Positions 35,401 to 49,364 are shown, counted from the stretch's first letter. The stretch is DNA of 64,000 nt from Okamejei kenojei (GCA_035221665.1 CM069163.1:16120001-16184000), one strand, 5' to 3'. Program-made: numbers and translations. Notes: generated by a model not told the origin, from the sequence alone.

Positions 35401-37989
35401 ATTTGAGTATTAGTTCAATATGGTTCCCACTTTCAAATAGGAGAAACCAGGTAGATGGTGTGGTTGCACTAATTCAATTTGCTAGAATTTTCAACAAGGC
35501 GCCTATCTTTAATGACTTGCATCACAAATCTTAAGACTATGTAGGACAATTTACAAAGTGATAGTACCTGAAAATAATCTTTCACTGTAACTTTTACTTG
35601 ATTCCACTCTTAACACAGGCCAAAATAAAACATAAATCTAAAATATGACAGATCAACAGATGCATGCATGGCTATGTGATTGACATAATGGGTCAATTAA
35701 TCCCACTGTGGTTTGCCTGATTCTGAGCACTCCTGGAACTGGTGCCACTATTTCTGTGTACCATCTTCCAGTTTCCTTTTCTCGCTGCCTTCTAGAGACT
35801 CGCATGTCGCACTAGAGACCTGCCATCCGAAAGTAAGATCTCAAACTCTGCTTTTTAGAATTTTATCTGGAAATCTGATGGCCCTTAAACATGTGGGGAT
35901 AAATTAAATCAGTGTCATTTAGCAATTGCATTAAATTCTTTAGTAATACAAAACTAAAACAAGAAGCATCATTTGCTTCCTCTTTCAAGAATTCCCCCTG
36001 TCCAAAATTCCCTGCCTATTAGCAGTGCTAATGACCAGTTTATTAGAGACTTCCATGGACTAATTGCAGGTGTGCGTTAAGTTGATAAGGTCTGTCAATG
36101 CTCTACGCTCTCACAACTGCTAATTATTGAGCTGGACCGTTCTAAAAAGGTGATTACGCAGCCAATCATTTACAAACCTGTCACCTGGGCCACTGGAACA
36201 CGGCTATCATTGAATCCCAGTGAATGTCATTAAGATGCTGATCAAATGCATTTTTAAATATTGTTTCAAGCTCATGAAGTGTACAAGATATAGAGTGCAC
36301 CTTGATCACTCATACATGACACAATATGTAAGTTACCTCTCGAGTTTATAATACAAGTGATTATAAATGTATAAGCAAATCATAATGTACAAAGTGCAGC
36401 AGCTAAATATCAATTGTCTCATATTCAGGCTCTCTAATCCAGCATCTGCAGTTCCTTCTTTAACAACTCTCTAATCTGTCGCCATTGATTTGATCAGAAT
36501 CACCTCTTTCTTGGTCAGAAAACTGGTAGCAAAATGTGCTTGCAATTCCACAAAGGTTTGCCTGGTCAATTGCAAGAACACATCCCAGCAAGTGGTTATG
36601 AGTGAATGTCCGCTATTATATTCCTAAGCTGCAAGTTCAGGGTGAAAACAAAATGTCTCAAATGTTACTGAAGTGTCCGGGGGTTATTCAGTGCATTGAT
36701 TTGACCCGACAATTCCCAGGGTATAAGAATAGGATTGTATTTTACATTTTATGAGTATGCAAATGTTGCGACAATACATTTTATGAACAGTTTTACTTGT
36801 TATTTAAGAAAGTGATATATGCTGTCGCATGTATGATCACTAAGTCAAGGATGTTTTATTCACTATTTTCTATGAAGTAACCTGTACTACATTCCTGAAC
36901 AATTTTTCTTTATCAGTGAAAGTTATGTTGCACGTCTTCTAATGTTGATCTCTGCAGCACAGTCGGCAGAAGTTGGTACTAGAAGAACCCCACTCTTTTA
37001 GTTTATAAAGAAAGTCTTTATTCCTTTGGTGACTCAATGTAATGGGTCAAAGAGCTAAGCTCTGGCGACATCAGTGTCTCTCTGGTGCTATCAGGGTAAC
37101 TATTGATTAAGTACTAACCTCTTTTATCTGTCGGATCACCAACCAGAATGTTTAAGATGACTTGGTGTCCTTGCTGTGTTACAAAATGTTCTTGCACTGT
37201 TACAATTCAAAAGCTTTATTTTGCAACCTTGTGAGTAAAAGAAAGCTGTAAAGATATTAAGGATGCCCAGCATATATAAAGCAAGCTTAGGGATTTCAAA
37301 ACATCTTTCAGAAGTGGTAATTGAGACCCACATCATTGCTTCCTCCAGTGAAGTCCTCATAACCTAGATAGACTTGTGTTATTTCATTCCCCACCTTTGA
37401 AGATCAGTGCATTGATTTATTTTTATTTAAAACTAAAATTTCTCACAGTCAATCTTCCATAATAAAATTAAAAATAAGCATTGCAAAGTGCAGACCAAGG
37501 TACTCTTGGGAAATGTTCCTACGCCAGGCAGGCATCCGCATAGCAAGGAATCATTACCTTAAAGCAAATATTATTTGTTAAAGCCTTCAAACTGCAGCCT
37601 GTTCTCGCTACCAAGACCCATTCTCCCCCTCCTCTCTCAACACACCACTGCTCTCCAATATTTCCTCTGCCTCCTTCTCAAACAAATTTCCCAAATGTAT
37701 TTCTTCTTTAAGATATATAAATAATGGATACAAGCAAAATTCTTATGTTCCACACTGAACTTTTCTTAATTCGAAGACTGAGTGCAGAAGTTTGCTCCAC
37801 CCATATTTGTATCTCTTATGGGACGAAGTATAAAAGAGCCGAGTTTTCTTCTAATCTTTAAGGTGGTTGTGCATGAATATCTAATGTAGGCTTGGGACTT
37901 GAGCTCTTGGTCTGTGCATGATGTATTGATGTACAAGTATGCATTAGACAATTTTACAACTTAAAATATTTGCTGTATTTTTAAGTATG

Positions 37990-38410
37990 AACATACAAAT
38001 TAGGAGTGGGAGGAAACCACTCAGCTCCTGGAGTCTGCTCAGCTATTCAATAAGATGATGACTAACCTAGTTGTAACCTCAACACCCTGTTCCTACCTAT
38101 CCTTTTCATAACCTTTCAACCGCTTGGTTGACAATCTCAGCCTTAAATATTCAAAATACTCCACTTCCATTGCCCTTGGGCAACTGTGTTCCAAAGAGTT
38201 GCAGCCTCAGAAGTGAAAATAAATCACGTTATCTCTGTCTTAAATGGCGACCCCTGATTTTTAAACTGTGATCATGTCCAGATTCTCCAGCAAGAGGAAC
38301 AGCCTCTCCACAGCCACTATTTGAGCACTTGTCAGGATCTGGCTGGATTCAATGACGTCCCCTGTCACTCTTCTAAACTCCAGCTGTTAGGAGCTTTGCC
38401 TGTCCAATCT
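37990..38410 (-). mobile_element. Old CR1 3' fragment
   Basis: Degenerate similarity to the other CR1 tails in the window. Confidence 0.55.
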
Positions 38411-39230
38411 TTTCTGCCCATTGGTACAAACGGGGAATTGCAGATGCAAGTTTACACAAAAAGACACAAAGTGTTGGATTAACTCCAGCACTGTCTTTCC
38501 ATTAACATCACATTTACTTTTTTTTTGTTATTCTCCTTGCAGTATTCCCAATGTCTGATGGATTACCTATACGTCTGACACGTAACCTCCATTCTAATTA
38601 TAATAAACACTGACATGCTGTTTGCTTTCCTTATAACCTTACTGCACCTGTGCCCTACTAACCTACTGTAACAAATGCACTAAGACACCCAGATTCCTCT
38701 ACACCTCTTTATGTTTAGATGATAAGATTTTAAAAATTTTCCCTACCAAAACGGACAGTCTCCCATTTCCCATATACTATGCATTTGCAACATCTTTCTT
38801 TACTCTTGCACTTCACTGTGTCACCTCAACTTCACAGCTTAATATTCTAACTAGCATTGTCATGCCCAAATTTAATAACTGCACTTGAGGGCCATGCATG
38901 TATCCCTGTAGCACACCACTCACATTTATGCCAACTCTGTTCCCTATTACCCCTCCAGCTACACCAAAAAATTACCTTCTACACCTATTTCCCACACCAA
39001 TCTTTGATGTTGCATGTTATCCATTTATACATTGCATATGTTACGAGTAAATTGATTCAATGTGATTTTGGTCAAATTGGAAGTTGTTGCAGTGAATTTG
39101 TAGGGCACCAAGGTCACACATCAATGTTTACCGCTTGCTGCACCAGGTGGCCTTATGTCTTGTGAACATTTTATTCTCTAAACTCGCACATAGTAAAGAA
39201 TTGTTACTGATACTTTGCTCTCTTCTTCAG

Positions 39231-39381
39231 GTCTGGATTGGGCACGAATCTTTCTGCGAAGGCCCAAGTAACTTTGAAACTGCGATCTGAATATGCAAGT
39301 GGACTCGGAGAAAAATTTTATAAGGTAAAGAAGAAGCGAAAGTCTTTAAGAGGTTGGAGGCCCCAGTTGGAAAGTTCCTGA
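39231..39381 (+). CDS. DDX31: DDX31 terminal coding exon (..SGLGTNLSAKAQVTLKLRSEYASGLGEKFYKVKKKRKSLRGWRPQLESS*)
   Basis: Strong acceptor CTCTCTTCTTCAG at 39218-39230, and the phase-2 junction completes an Arg codon. LRSEYASG matches the DDX31 LRSEYSSG motif, followed by a basic NLS-like KVKKKRK and TGA at 39379-39381. Not in the ORF track because it has no start codon. Confidence 0.88.
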
Positions 39382-39575
39382 AATGAGCCACCAAACTCTG
39401 CAGACACTGTCAAAGGCTCTGCTAGCAATGCTGCTCGAGAGACATTAAAATTAAGTTCATAGCACTGAGCAGCAGGTTGCACAATGCAATGGGCAAACTG
39501 ACCCACTGTGTCCGCTGAAACTGTGTTTTTAAGATGATACCAAATTGTGTGTAATTTATATTTTGGACAGTGGAG

Positions 39576-39581
39576 AATAAA
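39576..39581 (+). terminator. Candidate DDX31 polyadenylation signal AATAAA
   Basis: Canonical hexamer about 195 nt after the stop codon, with ATTAAA shortly downstream. Confidence 0.5.
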
Positions 39582-39989
39582 ATAGTTTTAGATTCAAATT
39601 AAAACAGATTTAAACATAGAAAGTAAAACTCTTTGTTACTGCAAAACAAGAGCACGGAAAACATCATGACAGTGGAATAAGTTTGTAGTTCCATTTTACC
39701 TTTATGCCCTCGGACCTTATTGTGCCCCAGTATTCTCTGGGCCCTATCCTAACTGAACAATTGCCCAATCTTCCTTCCAAATCCTCGCAAAAGGCGAAAT
39801 AATTAATAGTTCCCCTTCAAAAATGTAATCCTGGATTCCTTCTGTAATCGCTTTCCCTCCCACATTCTAGAATCTTTTATATCTTTTCCAAATCCATATT
39901 CATCATTCGCAGAAATTCTTGTTTGATTCTTTACTATTCTGTTTCAGCCACAATACAACGTACTATCAAGGTTAATAATAAACCCTTTG

Positions 39990-40790
39990 TGGCTGTAATA
40001 ATGTCCCCTCTCGCCATTCTCAACCCTTGTGCAGTCTTTGCCATGACTGACGATGCGGTTCTCCATGCCTCCCATCATGCTTCAGCTGGATGTGTCTGCA
40101 GTCACCTGGTTCCACTCTTATCTATCGTTCCCTCCTATTTCCCAATCCACTCAATCTGCTCCAAGACAACAGTATCGGATTCAAATGTACTGTGGCATAA
40201 TCCAGCACCATCTCACCACTACTTTTTTCCAACCTGCCCATCTATGCTTCTCTCAAATTACAACATCCAGTAATGGATGAACAGAGATCTCCTCTGATCA
40301 AATGAAAACAAAATAATGACCATCAATACCACCAGTAGCTGTAAACCGTCATCTGTGGCTGAACCAGATTGGGCTCAATCTTTGTGTCACATTTGATCTT
40401 TGGGCCACACATTCAAACTATCAAAGATTATCTATGACCATCTCAATAGTATCGTCTGTTAAAATCCTTACCCATATATTTGTTACCTTAGTCCTTGAGT
40501 ATTCCAACACATGCCTTTCCAGCTTCCCTCAGTTTATAAATTTGATCTTGTCCAAGACAATATCATCTCAAACCTGTTCAACCACCACTGGTCTTCATTG
40601 GCACATATTCCTCGTTCACTCATGGACAACCATGGCTTTAATCTCTGGAGTTTCCTCCCTTAATCTTCTCCACCTCTTTTAATTATTTCCTTACAATCTA
40701 CCTATTGTTACCTGCCCTAGATTCCATTGCTAGTCTAATTGGATATCTGGTATATTTTGCTACATTAATTGTGCTATATAAATGAACTAT
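39990..40790 (+). mobile_element. Ancient L2 remnant
   Basis: Decayed WFHSYLS and THIFVTLVLEYSN (HAFVTSRLDYCN-like) segments, with tail GTGCTATATAAATG. Confidence 0.5.
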
Positions 40791-40795
40791 AATCC

Positions 40796-41530
40796 TCCAA
40801 AATTTCTACCACCTCGAATGTGATCCCACCACTAGCCACATTTTCCCATCTCCAACCCTTTCCCCAGAGACCGTTCCCTCTGCAACTCCCTGGTTAATTC
40901 ATCCCTTCCCACCCAAACCAACCCCTCTCCAGGAACCTTCCCATCCAACACCTGTCGCTATACCTCCTCCCTCGACTCTGACCAGGGACCCTGACAGTCC
41001 TTTCAGGTTAGGCAGAGGTTTACTTGCACCTCCTCCAACCTCATCTACTGTATCCGTTCAAGATGTGGACTCAGACATCGGCGAGACCAAACGTAGACTG
41101 GGTGATCGTTTCGCAGAACATCGGATCTCCTGGTTGCTGGACACTTTAATGCTCCTTCCCATTCCTATGCAGATCTTTCTGTCCTAGGTCTCCTCCATTT
41201 TCAGAGTGAGGCTAAATGCAAATTGGAGGAACAGCATCTCATATTTCGCTTGGGCAGCTTACAGCCCAGTTGTATGAATATTGATTTCTCTCACCAGGCA
41301 GCCCTGGCATTCCCTCTCTCTCTATCCCTTTCCCACCCAAGATGCACTAGCTTATTTTTTGCATATCTTTCATTCATTGTTCTTTATCTCTCCACATCAC
41401 AGTCTATATCTCTCATTTCCCTTATCCCTAACCAGTCTGAAGAAGGGTCTCGGCCTGAACCGTCACCTATTCCTTCTCTCCAGAGCCTGTCCCGCTTTGT
41501 TACTCCTGCTTTTTGTGTCGATCTTCAGTA
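40796..41530 (+). mobile_element. Penelope-like element 3' portion with GIY-YIG endonuclease remnant
   Basis: Decayed SNLIYCIR..CGL..IGETKRRLGDRFAEH and KLEEQHLIFRLGSLQP.CMNIDFS, then UTR and terminal repeat with a hammerhead-like motif (41433-41467). Confidence 0.85.
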
Positions 41531-44094
41531 TAAGTAGCTGTTGTAATCCAAGAATTGCATCCAAATCAAAATAATAATAAATTTCACTATGTCCACCAGA
41601 TAATAGGTAGCTGGCAAAGGCAAGAATCTAACAAACCAAACCAAAGAAATGTGAGAGAGATGAGGGCTATGGGGCCATGGCCATATTGAATGGTGGGGCA
41701 GGCTTGAAATGGACGAGTGAACTACTCCTGCTCCTGAGGTTTTACATGCTTATCTCAATCATTTCGGCAGGTTATCAATCATCACCTGAAGCGTCAGCCA
41801 TCCCGCTCCCTCCACCAGTGTTGCTTGCCTTGCCGAGTTTCTCGGTCAGTTTTTGTTTTGCTATCAGATGGCAAAGTATTATGTTTGTCCACTTGTTAAC
41901 AGTTTGGGTTTCGGCATGTTTGTTAACAACTCGGTGCATGATGCTCTGTTTTGCACCTGAGGTGAAGATGACTTCCCCCCCCCCCCCCAAGAAGCTACTG
42001 GTGATGGACTTCCTGTTTCTCAGCCCAAGTAAAGGAGGCTTGATTTAATACATCCTACAGCAGGTTGAAGTTCCTTTAACCAGACCAAAAAAACAGGCGA
42101 AAGATGAACCTACAAGTGAAATTTTGCCAATCACATTTATTTAGTTGTAGTCAGGGTGCAATGAAAATCTGCAAACAAAATTGTTTTAGGAATTACAGCA
42201 CCAGGAAAGGTTGTATGGTTGTTTTTTTTTAATCAACATTTAAGGTTGTCATTTTACATACAATAAACAGTGTCTTCAATTTTTATTTGTTGCTGTTTTT
42301 ATTGACGCCAAAAATAAATCTAATTGGTGCAGTTGTTGTCAGAGGATAGAAGAAGCTGATGATTGTTTGATCCATTTCCGTTGTAGGCCAGTTTTAAGTG
42401 ATGGATCTTCATAGATCTAGTCTTTTATGACACTAAAATTTTCCTCAGCTACACTGTCTGATGTTATATACATTATATATTTTTAAAGCCATCGGGTTAA
42501 TATTGCAACTCATTAAAAACAAAGAAAGGCAAATTAATCTTCAGATTTTAATTACAGGTTATTTTCAAAAGTCATCCAGTTGAGAGGCAGTTTTTTTTGC
42601 TCTTTGAGATAGATTATAAATTTAATTTAAAGAAACTTAGTTGTGCCCTTATTTCGTTTCATTATTAAGCAATGAGATTATGAAACCTCTCATTATCCCC
42701 TGGGTTTAAGTCAATCCTTGCCGAATCCTCTCGTTTTGTTGTGCAGCCTTTTTGTTCGGAGAGTCCCTGCCTGTCACTTCATTAACCCCGAGTCCTCTTC
42801 AAGGCGGGTCGGATTTGCCAGACCCTTTCACACGCCAACAAGCAAAGATAAACAGCCGACTTTCTGCAAATAAACAAATACAAATAAAATATATATATGG
42901 CAAACTTCGTGAATTAATCAGCTCCCTGCACTCTGCCCCAACTCCACCCTCAGCTCTCACTTCGCCCGTGGAGCGCTGCAGGAGTCCGCCTGCGCCGATG
43001 TAAACACAGATCCTTTCCCCTTCTCTCCTGGCAAAATAATTGGCCATGTCCCCAACGAATTGTACAGGTGCATTCTGAAGTTTGCAAAATTATTTGAAAA
43101 AGTCCAAAGTGAACTACCCGGGTTAGATTATTTTCAATATATTTCTGGAAATCATTATCAACGTTTCCTTTCGAGACCAAATTGTATTCAGTATAACATC
43201 AAAGCCGCCATCAGTATATTCAAATTACCGCTGAAAAGTGACTGTTGAGAAGACATAATTAGAAAAATTAACATAAGGAGCGGGCACGGAGCTCTGCTAC
43301 ATAATTCACGCGGGGTCTGGGCTGGACGGAGCAGGAACTGTGGCCGGGTTATAGATTCTGTGGAAAATAGACACAAAATGCTGGAGTAACTCAGCGGGTT
43401 CAACAGCATCTCTGGAGAAAAGGGAGAGTGACGTTAGGGTCCAGACCCTTCTTCAGACTGATTCTTCAGATAGATCTTGTGCTCTTATCGCGAACTTGAA
43501 GCTCCTGTCTTGGACAGAGTGGGGGGTGGGGGGTGGGGGGGGGGGGGAGGTGAGGATCTGCCGATAAATTCACAATGCCAAGACGGGAGCAATTCTCGGT
43601 CATCCAGCCTCCTGTCCAGATTATGGTCTACTCTGAAAGTTCTTGTTGGCAGAGACAAGGAAAGGTTTGAGGTTTGTTGGGCGAATAGAATCAGCAGAAG
43701 GTTCCCACCACACGGGGTTGAATGAAGCAAACTAGACGTGGATAGGTGACACTGGGCAAATGCTCCAGCCTCCGATGGGAGAGGACCGTGAGTCTGGGAG
43801 TCATAGAACTATTGGGTCAAACAACACAGAAACAGGCCCAACAAGTCCACGCCGTGTGTGAAGCGAGACCGAGGGAGTTTACCATTGAAGCCGTCCCCAT
43901 TGAAGCAGAACGCGTCTCCGCACCTCCTCCCCACGGCGGACATTTCTTCATATGAATGACCTTTTTGAAACGCAGTTGCTTTCCTCCCGGTCCCAATTCT
44001 CTCAGTTCCAGGAAACTGTAACTTTTCCTGGGCCACAACTGACTTCGCGGGGAGCGGTGACATTTCACCGGCCTAACAAAGATCGCCTTTTGCA

Positions 44095-44285
44095 TATCCT
44101 TAATTCCTATGTACCGTCAATATCTCTCTGTTCCCCCTCCCCTGACACTCAGTCTGAAGTAGGGTCTCGACCCGAAACGCCACCTATTCCTTTTCTCCAG
44201 AGGTGCTGCCTGACCCGCTGAGTTACCCCAGCGTTTTGTGTCTGTCTTCGGTTTAAACCAACATCAACAGTTCCTTCATTCATAC
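44095..44285 (+). mobile_element. PLE terminal repeat copy (others at ~820-910, 43365-43462, 44745-44870, 45487-45600, 53820-53910, 54030-54140, 55850-55980, 59700-59791)
   Basis: Shared consensus CTGAAGAAGGGTCTCGACCCGAAACGTCACC..TCTCCAGAGATGCTGCCTG..CCGCTGAGTTACTCCAGC. Confidence 0.8.
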
Positions 44286-44999
44286 ATCACCACTCGGGGT
44301 CACGCAGGAGGCCCTTCGGCCCACTGTATCCATGTTCTGCCAATGAAGGAGCAGTTTCTTAACATCACGGCTGAGGTTTCAGTGCCTGGTCTTGGACCGA
44401 GTAGGTGTTCCAACAAGTACGTTATAATTAGCTACATTTCTCCGCGCCTGACATCCTCCTAAATCTCCTCTTTGTTGCGATTACAACCTTCCAGTAACAC
44501 CCTAACCTGAAATGAACGGGCGCTTTCTCTGTGATTCCACCTTATCCCATTCTCTCTACATCGACCAGAAAGCTCAATTTTAACCAACTCACTTCGCCCC
44601 CCCCTCACTATCTGAAGAGATGAGGAGAGTCGCACTCTGTTCCTCGATATTTCTCAATATCCTGACGAGTATTTAATGTCCCAAGCCTACTTTGCCCTTC
44701 TCAAAAAGACACATGTGCGGATCAGTCTCGCTTCGCCACTGGAGACATAAGAAACTGCAGATGCTGGAATCCTCAGCATAAAAAAACAAAGTGCGAGAGA
44801 ACCTCAGCAGGTCAGGCAGCATCTGTGGAGGGGGTGAACAGACGACGGCATGACCCTTATTCAGACTGATGTGTCCAGACCACCAAACTGGGTGTAAACT
44901 TTAAGTATCTGCGGAATAAGTACTTAGGAGCCACCATTGCTGCATTATGTGGGGTCGGTATCTGTGAGAGTGGGAGGAGATTGAGATTGTGAATGAGGC

Positions 45000-45480
45000 A
45001 GTGCAGCGTAGGTTCACGAGATTGATCCCTGGGATGGCGGGACTGTCATATGAGGAAAGATTGAAAAGGCTAGACTTGTATACACATGAGTTTAGAAGGA
45101 TGAGGGGGTACTTATAGAAACATATAACATTATAAATGCACTGGACAAGCTAGATGCAGGGAAAATGTTCCCAATGTTGGGCGAGTCCAGAACCAGCGGC
45201 CACAGTCTTAGAATAAAGGGGAGGTCATTTAAGACTGAGGTGAGAAAAAACGTTTTCACCCAGAGAGTTGTGAATTTAATGGAATTCCCTGCCACAGAGG
45301 GCAGTGGAGGCCAAGTCACTGGATGGATTTAAGAGAGAGTTAGATAGACCTCTAGGGGCTAGTGGAGTCAAGGGATATGGAGAGAAGGCAGGCACGGGTT
45401 ATTGATAGGGGACGATCAGCCATGATCACAATGAATGGCGGTGCTGGCCTCGAAGGGCCGAATGGACATTTTCTATGTCT
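45000..45480 (+). mobile_element. Young CR1 3' fragment
   Basis: QRRFTRLIPGMAGLSYEERL..., same subfamily as 53140-53785. Confidence 0.85.
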
Positions 45481-46779
45481 ATGGGAGACTGAAGAGGGGT
45501 CCAGACCCGTAACGTCACGCATCCATGTTCTCCAGAAAAGCTGCCTGACGCGCTGAGTTCTTTCATCATTTTGTGTAAACCAGCATATGCAGTTCCTTGT
45601 CTCTACTCTTTTTTTTTTTGGGGGGGGGGTGGTGACTATAATTTCATGCCTGGTCTAAGTTAAACATATCTCCACCGTTTAAATCGTCAATTAAATTGCG
45701 AATAGGTGGATTGGGGAGAGTTGTTCCTTAAACATCAGGTCCAAGTAGCAGTAAGTCCAAGATGCATCTCTCTGCGACTATATTCAAAAATCGATTCTCA
45801 CTCCTGATATGTCATTCTTGTCTTTACTGGGCCATCGGTGGTAAATCGCTGCTCTGAGATGCATTCGGCACTGACACGTTCGGATTAGTAGCTTCCTATT
45901 GTCCTACACATTCTACTGTTAATGGTGTTTGTATAATCTTATTGCTCATCAGCGATGATCAGGCCACCTAACTAAAAAAGGCATATTATTTTAAAGTATG
46001 GATTTGAAGAACCGCGGTTTATTTTAATGCTTAATGTCTTCTGGCGTTCATCAGAAAGGGGGATTTTCATATCAGTAATTTGCATCTGGAGCAGAAATCA
46101 AAGATATCGGTCATTTAAAAATAAATCTGAAGTAGTAAAAAATATTGAAGCTGCAACTTTTAAAATTGTGTTTATTTTACACATTCTATCCCTCCACGAT
46201 TTTTAAATGATAAATCTAGAAGCTGTGATTATGAAACGGGATTATGCTCTTAAATAAGGATGTCCGTCAAAAAACCCTCCCTGTGTCTCTCTCGCTTTAG
46301 TGATGGTGTCGACTTAATCATTGTAATCGGGCGAAGGATGGGAATTTCGGTCGGTCGACTGAAGGTATAATTGAGTCGTTTCAGTCTGCCGTAATTTTAG
46401 TCACATTAGAGTTCAAATGTGAGCCTCCGCTTTGTATCGGGTCACAGGCGGTTCTGTTACATCCACTGTAAACAAACACGATGCAGGTACACCTCACGGG
46501 CTCGTTCACACCGGTGACACAAATTGGTGCTCTCGTTCCCGAGTGACATTTACTGGATGCGTTTCCACACAAAACTGCGCTTAAAGTCTGAAAAATCCGA
46601 AATCACACCAGTCTGGATTTTATACCCGCTGACGTTGACAGTTGAGAGACGCAATCCCATCGCATAATGTACAGAAATATGTTTTAACCGAGTGATCAGA
46701 TGCAATTTATTCGTTCGCGGGATAAGTCAGTCGCTGCACAACCGCTGCTTATTGTCCAATTGGTCACTGAACGGCGAGG

Positions 46780-46990
46780 TCGCTGGGTCAATTTACAGGG
46801 CATTGGGGTATCACGTCCACACCAGACCAAGTTAGTATACCCTGAAGGACATCGGTGAATGTGTTCGTAAGAAAATTAAGTAGTTCCATGTTCACTAGCA
46901 TTGATATTAGGTTTTTAAGCCAAATGATTTAATTAATTAAAATTAATTTCCCCAACGTCTGTGATGACACCGGGTCTCGTGTACAGGGAC
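46780..46990 (-). mobile_element. Old SINE remnant (Deu-SINE/SacSINE-like)
   Basis: CCAGACCA...CCCTGAAGGACATCGGTGAA...GTAGTTCCATG.TCAC resembles shark SINE sequence from memory; highly decayed. Confidence 0.4.
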
Positions 46991-47869
46991 CAACAAGTCC
47001 TCTTATCCGGTCCATTATATTGAACTCTATATTATTTACTGTAGAATAAGAACCAGTTTACTGCCTTTACATAAATTTCGTACAAAAGCCAGAGTCGCTA
47101 AAATGTGCCGTGAGGGGAGGAAGTTGAGGAGCAGCCTGTGTGTGTCACGTCAATTAAACTCTGAAGTATTCCGTTGAAAAGATCAACGTTCTGGAGGGTT
47201 TGTAAACTTATTCTGCCTCTCGCCACTGGCAACCCAAATCCTTCGAAATTTCCAGATATAAAATACAGTACGTGCTGATTTTTCTTTTTTACCGACAATT
47301 CAAGGCTTTGAAGATATCGTCTTAATTATGGTTTTTGGTTCAATATGCCCGTCAAACCCACCAGTGGGAAAGCCAGGATGTCAAACGCCTCGTCGACAGT
47401 GATGTACAGTGATGTACAGTGGGTACATTGGAGAAACGTCAATAATTTTATTGGTTTACAAAACACGTTTTCCCCATAATTGTAACTATTTGGAAATAAA
47501 TTATTGCCCTTTGTAAAATTCGGAATTTCCAAAGTCTGTTAATTTATCGTTTGAAATAAAAAAAAACTCTTTCGGGGCATGTTTCAGGTTCGATAGCGAA
47601 GCAGTTCATCAATTAGATTATTATGTTGAAATTAAATTGAATTTCCTGTCACATTCTGTATCTAATACATTTTCAACATTGGGCATGCTCGTGGTTCTGT
47701 GATACTTTGCACACCTTCTATAGTATTTTGGTGTCCAAATGCTGTGACAAATTGCAAGTAGTGTCCTGATCTTTGTTAATCTGTGATTTAAAAAACACCG
47801 AACCACAATTTTATAGACTTTTGCTGATCTAAAAAATATCAAATAAAGGCGACATGGGTTCACTAGGTA

Positions 47870-47871
47870 CA

Positions 47872-47924
<53 letters not shown>

Positions 47925-48385
47925 GCAAAGACACAGGCGCACACAGACTCACAGACATACAGACACAGAGAACCATGCAGAGCCACACACGCACACACAG
48001 AGGNNNNNNNNNNNNNNNNNNNNNNNNNNNNNNNNNNNNNNNNNNNNNNNNNNNNNNNNNNNNNNNNNNNNNNNNNNNNNNNNNNNNNNNNNNNNNNNNN
48101 NNNNNNNNNNNNNNNNNNNNNNNNNNNNNNNNNNNNNNNNNNNNNNNNNNNNNNNNNNNNNNNNNNNNNNNNNNNNNNNNNNNNNNNNNNNNNCACACAC
48201 ACGGATACACATATACACATAACACACACACACTAAAGCAAATATCGACACATACTCACACACACATAGGCACACACACTAACTTACAAATACACACACA
48301 CACTCACGCACACGTAAACACACATACACTAACGCACAAATACAGACACACAAACGCACACACATATACCCGTACGCACACACAA
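47870..48385. repeat. (CA)n and degenerate CA microsatellite spanning an assembly gap (N 48004-48193)
   Basis: Direct observation. Confidence 0.97.
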
Positions 48386-49364
48386 TTAAACATTGTCCAC
48401 TGGGCTCATTAAAACGTATTAATTCTCACCCGGTGGCAAGTAATATCGATGGAGCCTGTGTCGAAATTACTTGCACCAAAAAAAAGAAAGTTTATTTGAA
48501 TGAGACGGTCAGTAATTCTCAAATTGTCCCAAAAGCAATCTGTTTCTCTCGGCGCATTCTGCCTGGGTGATTTACCACACATCATTCGCTTTGTGACTCG
48601 GATGATCCCATCGAGTTTTACCACCATTACTGCTGATCTCGACTTGCCACAAATATTCCCTCTGCTGCCCACCGTTGTTTCCGTCTGACCTCTGGAGCAG
48701 CGAAAAACTTTACATAAAGACAACCTCCAGTCTAAGTGAAGATCGCGGCTTCTCTCAAATTGAGCTGTCTTTAAATCAACAGGCATTATCCAACTATTAA
48801 TTGTCAGAAATTGACCAAACCTCATAATCAACATTAACAACGAATACCATCTGATAATAATGTAATGTTTAAATGAAAGGCGGGATAATAGTATTCGTCC
48901 CTCAAATTCGCACTTAACTGCCTTAATGCGATTCAGGTTGTTGGCCTTGTTCTGGTGTATCCAGAACTCTTCAGAACGCTGCCTTCCCTTTCCCCAGTTA
49001 AATCCCAACCCGGGGGTTAAGACAAATCTCCCCACAACCCCATTGCCCGTATCCGCTCACGATTAACTGAGTATTGGCTGCAAAAAGATTATCTGCTCAT
49101 CTTGCTGTTCAGAAGGGCCAAGACGTGGCGAACAAGTTGCCATGGGATGAAAGTGTAAAAGAGTTGGTCAGACACCCATCTTGGGGGCTTCTAAAACAGG
49201 AAACGTGCCCCCGAGCTACGACCTAGTATCCACCTCACACTTTATTCTTCAACGTCTGAATTTTCAACCATGGAAACCGACAATTTAAAGGTTTCTAGAA
49301 TTTATTTTAAAAAAGCGTTTAAGTTCTGCTAGTAAACTTTTTTTTAATAAATAAGAGCGAATCC

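Noticed and set aside
47621-48412. Long ORFs (122-202 aa) in several frames
   Set aside because: Artifacts of the CA microsatellite and the N gap.
48409-49035. 208-aa - strand ORF downstream of BARHL1
   Set aside because: GTG start, no domain similarity and no convincing splice context; more likely a chance ORF over regulatory DNA.
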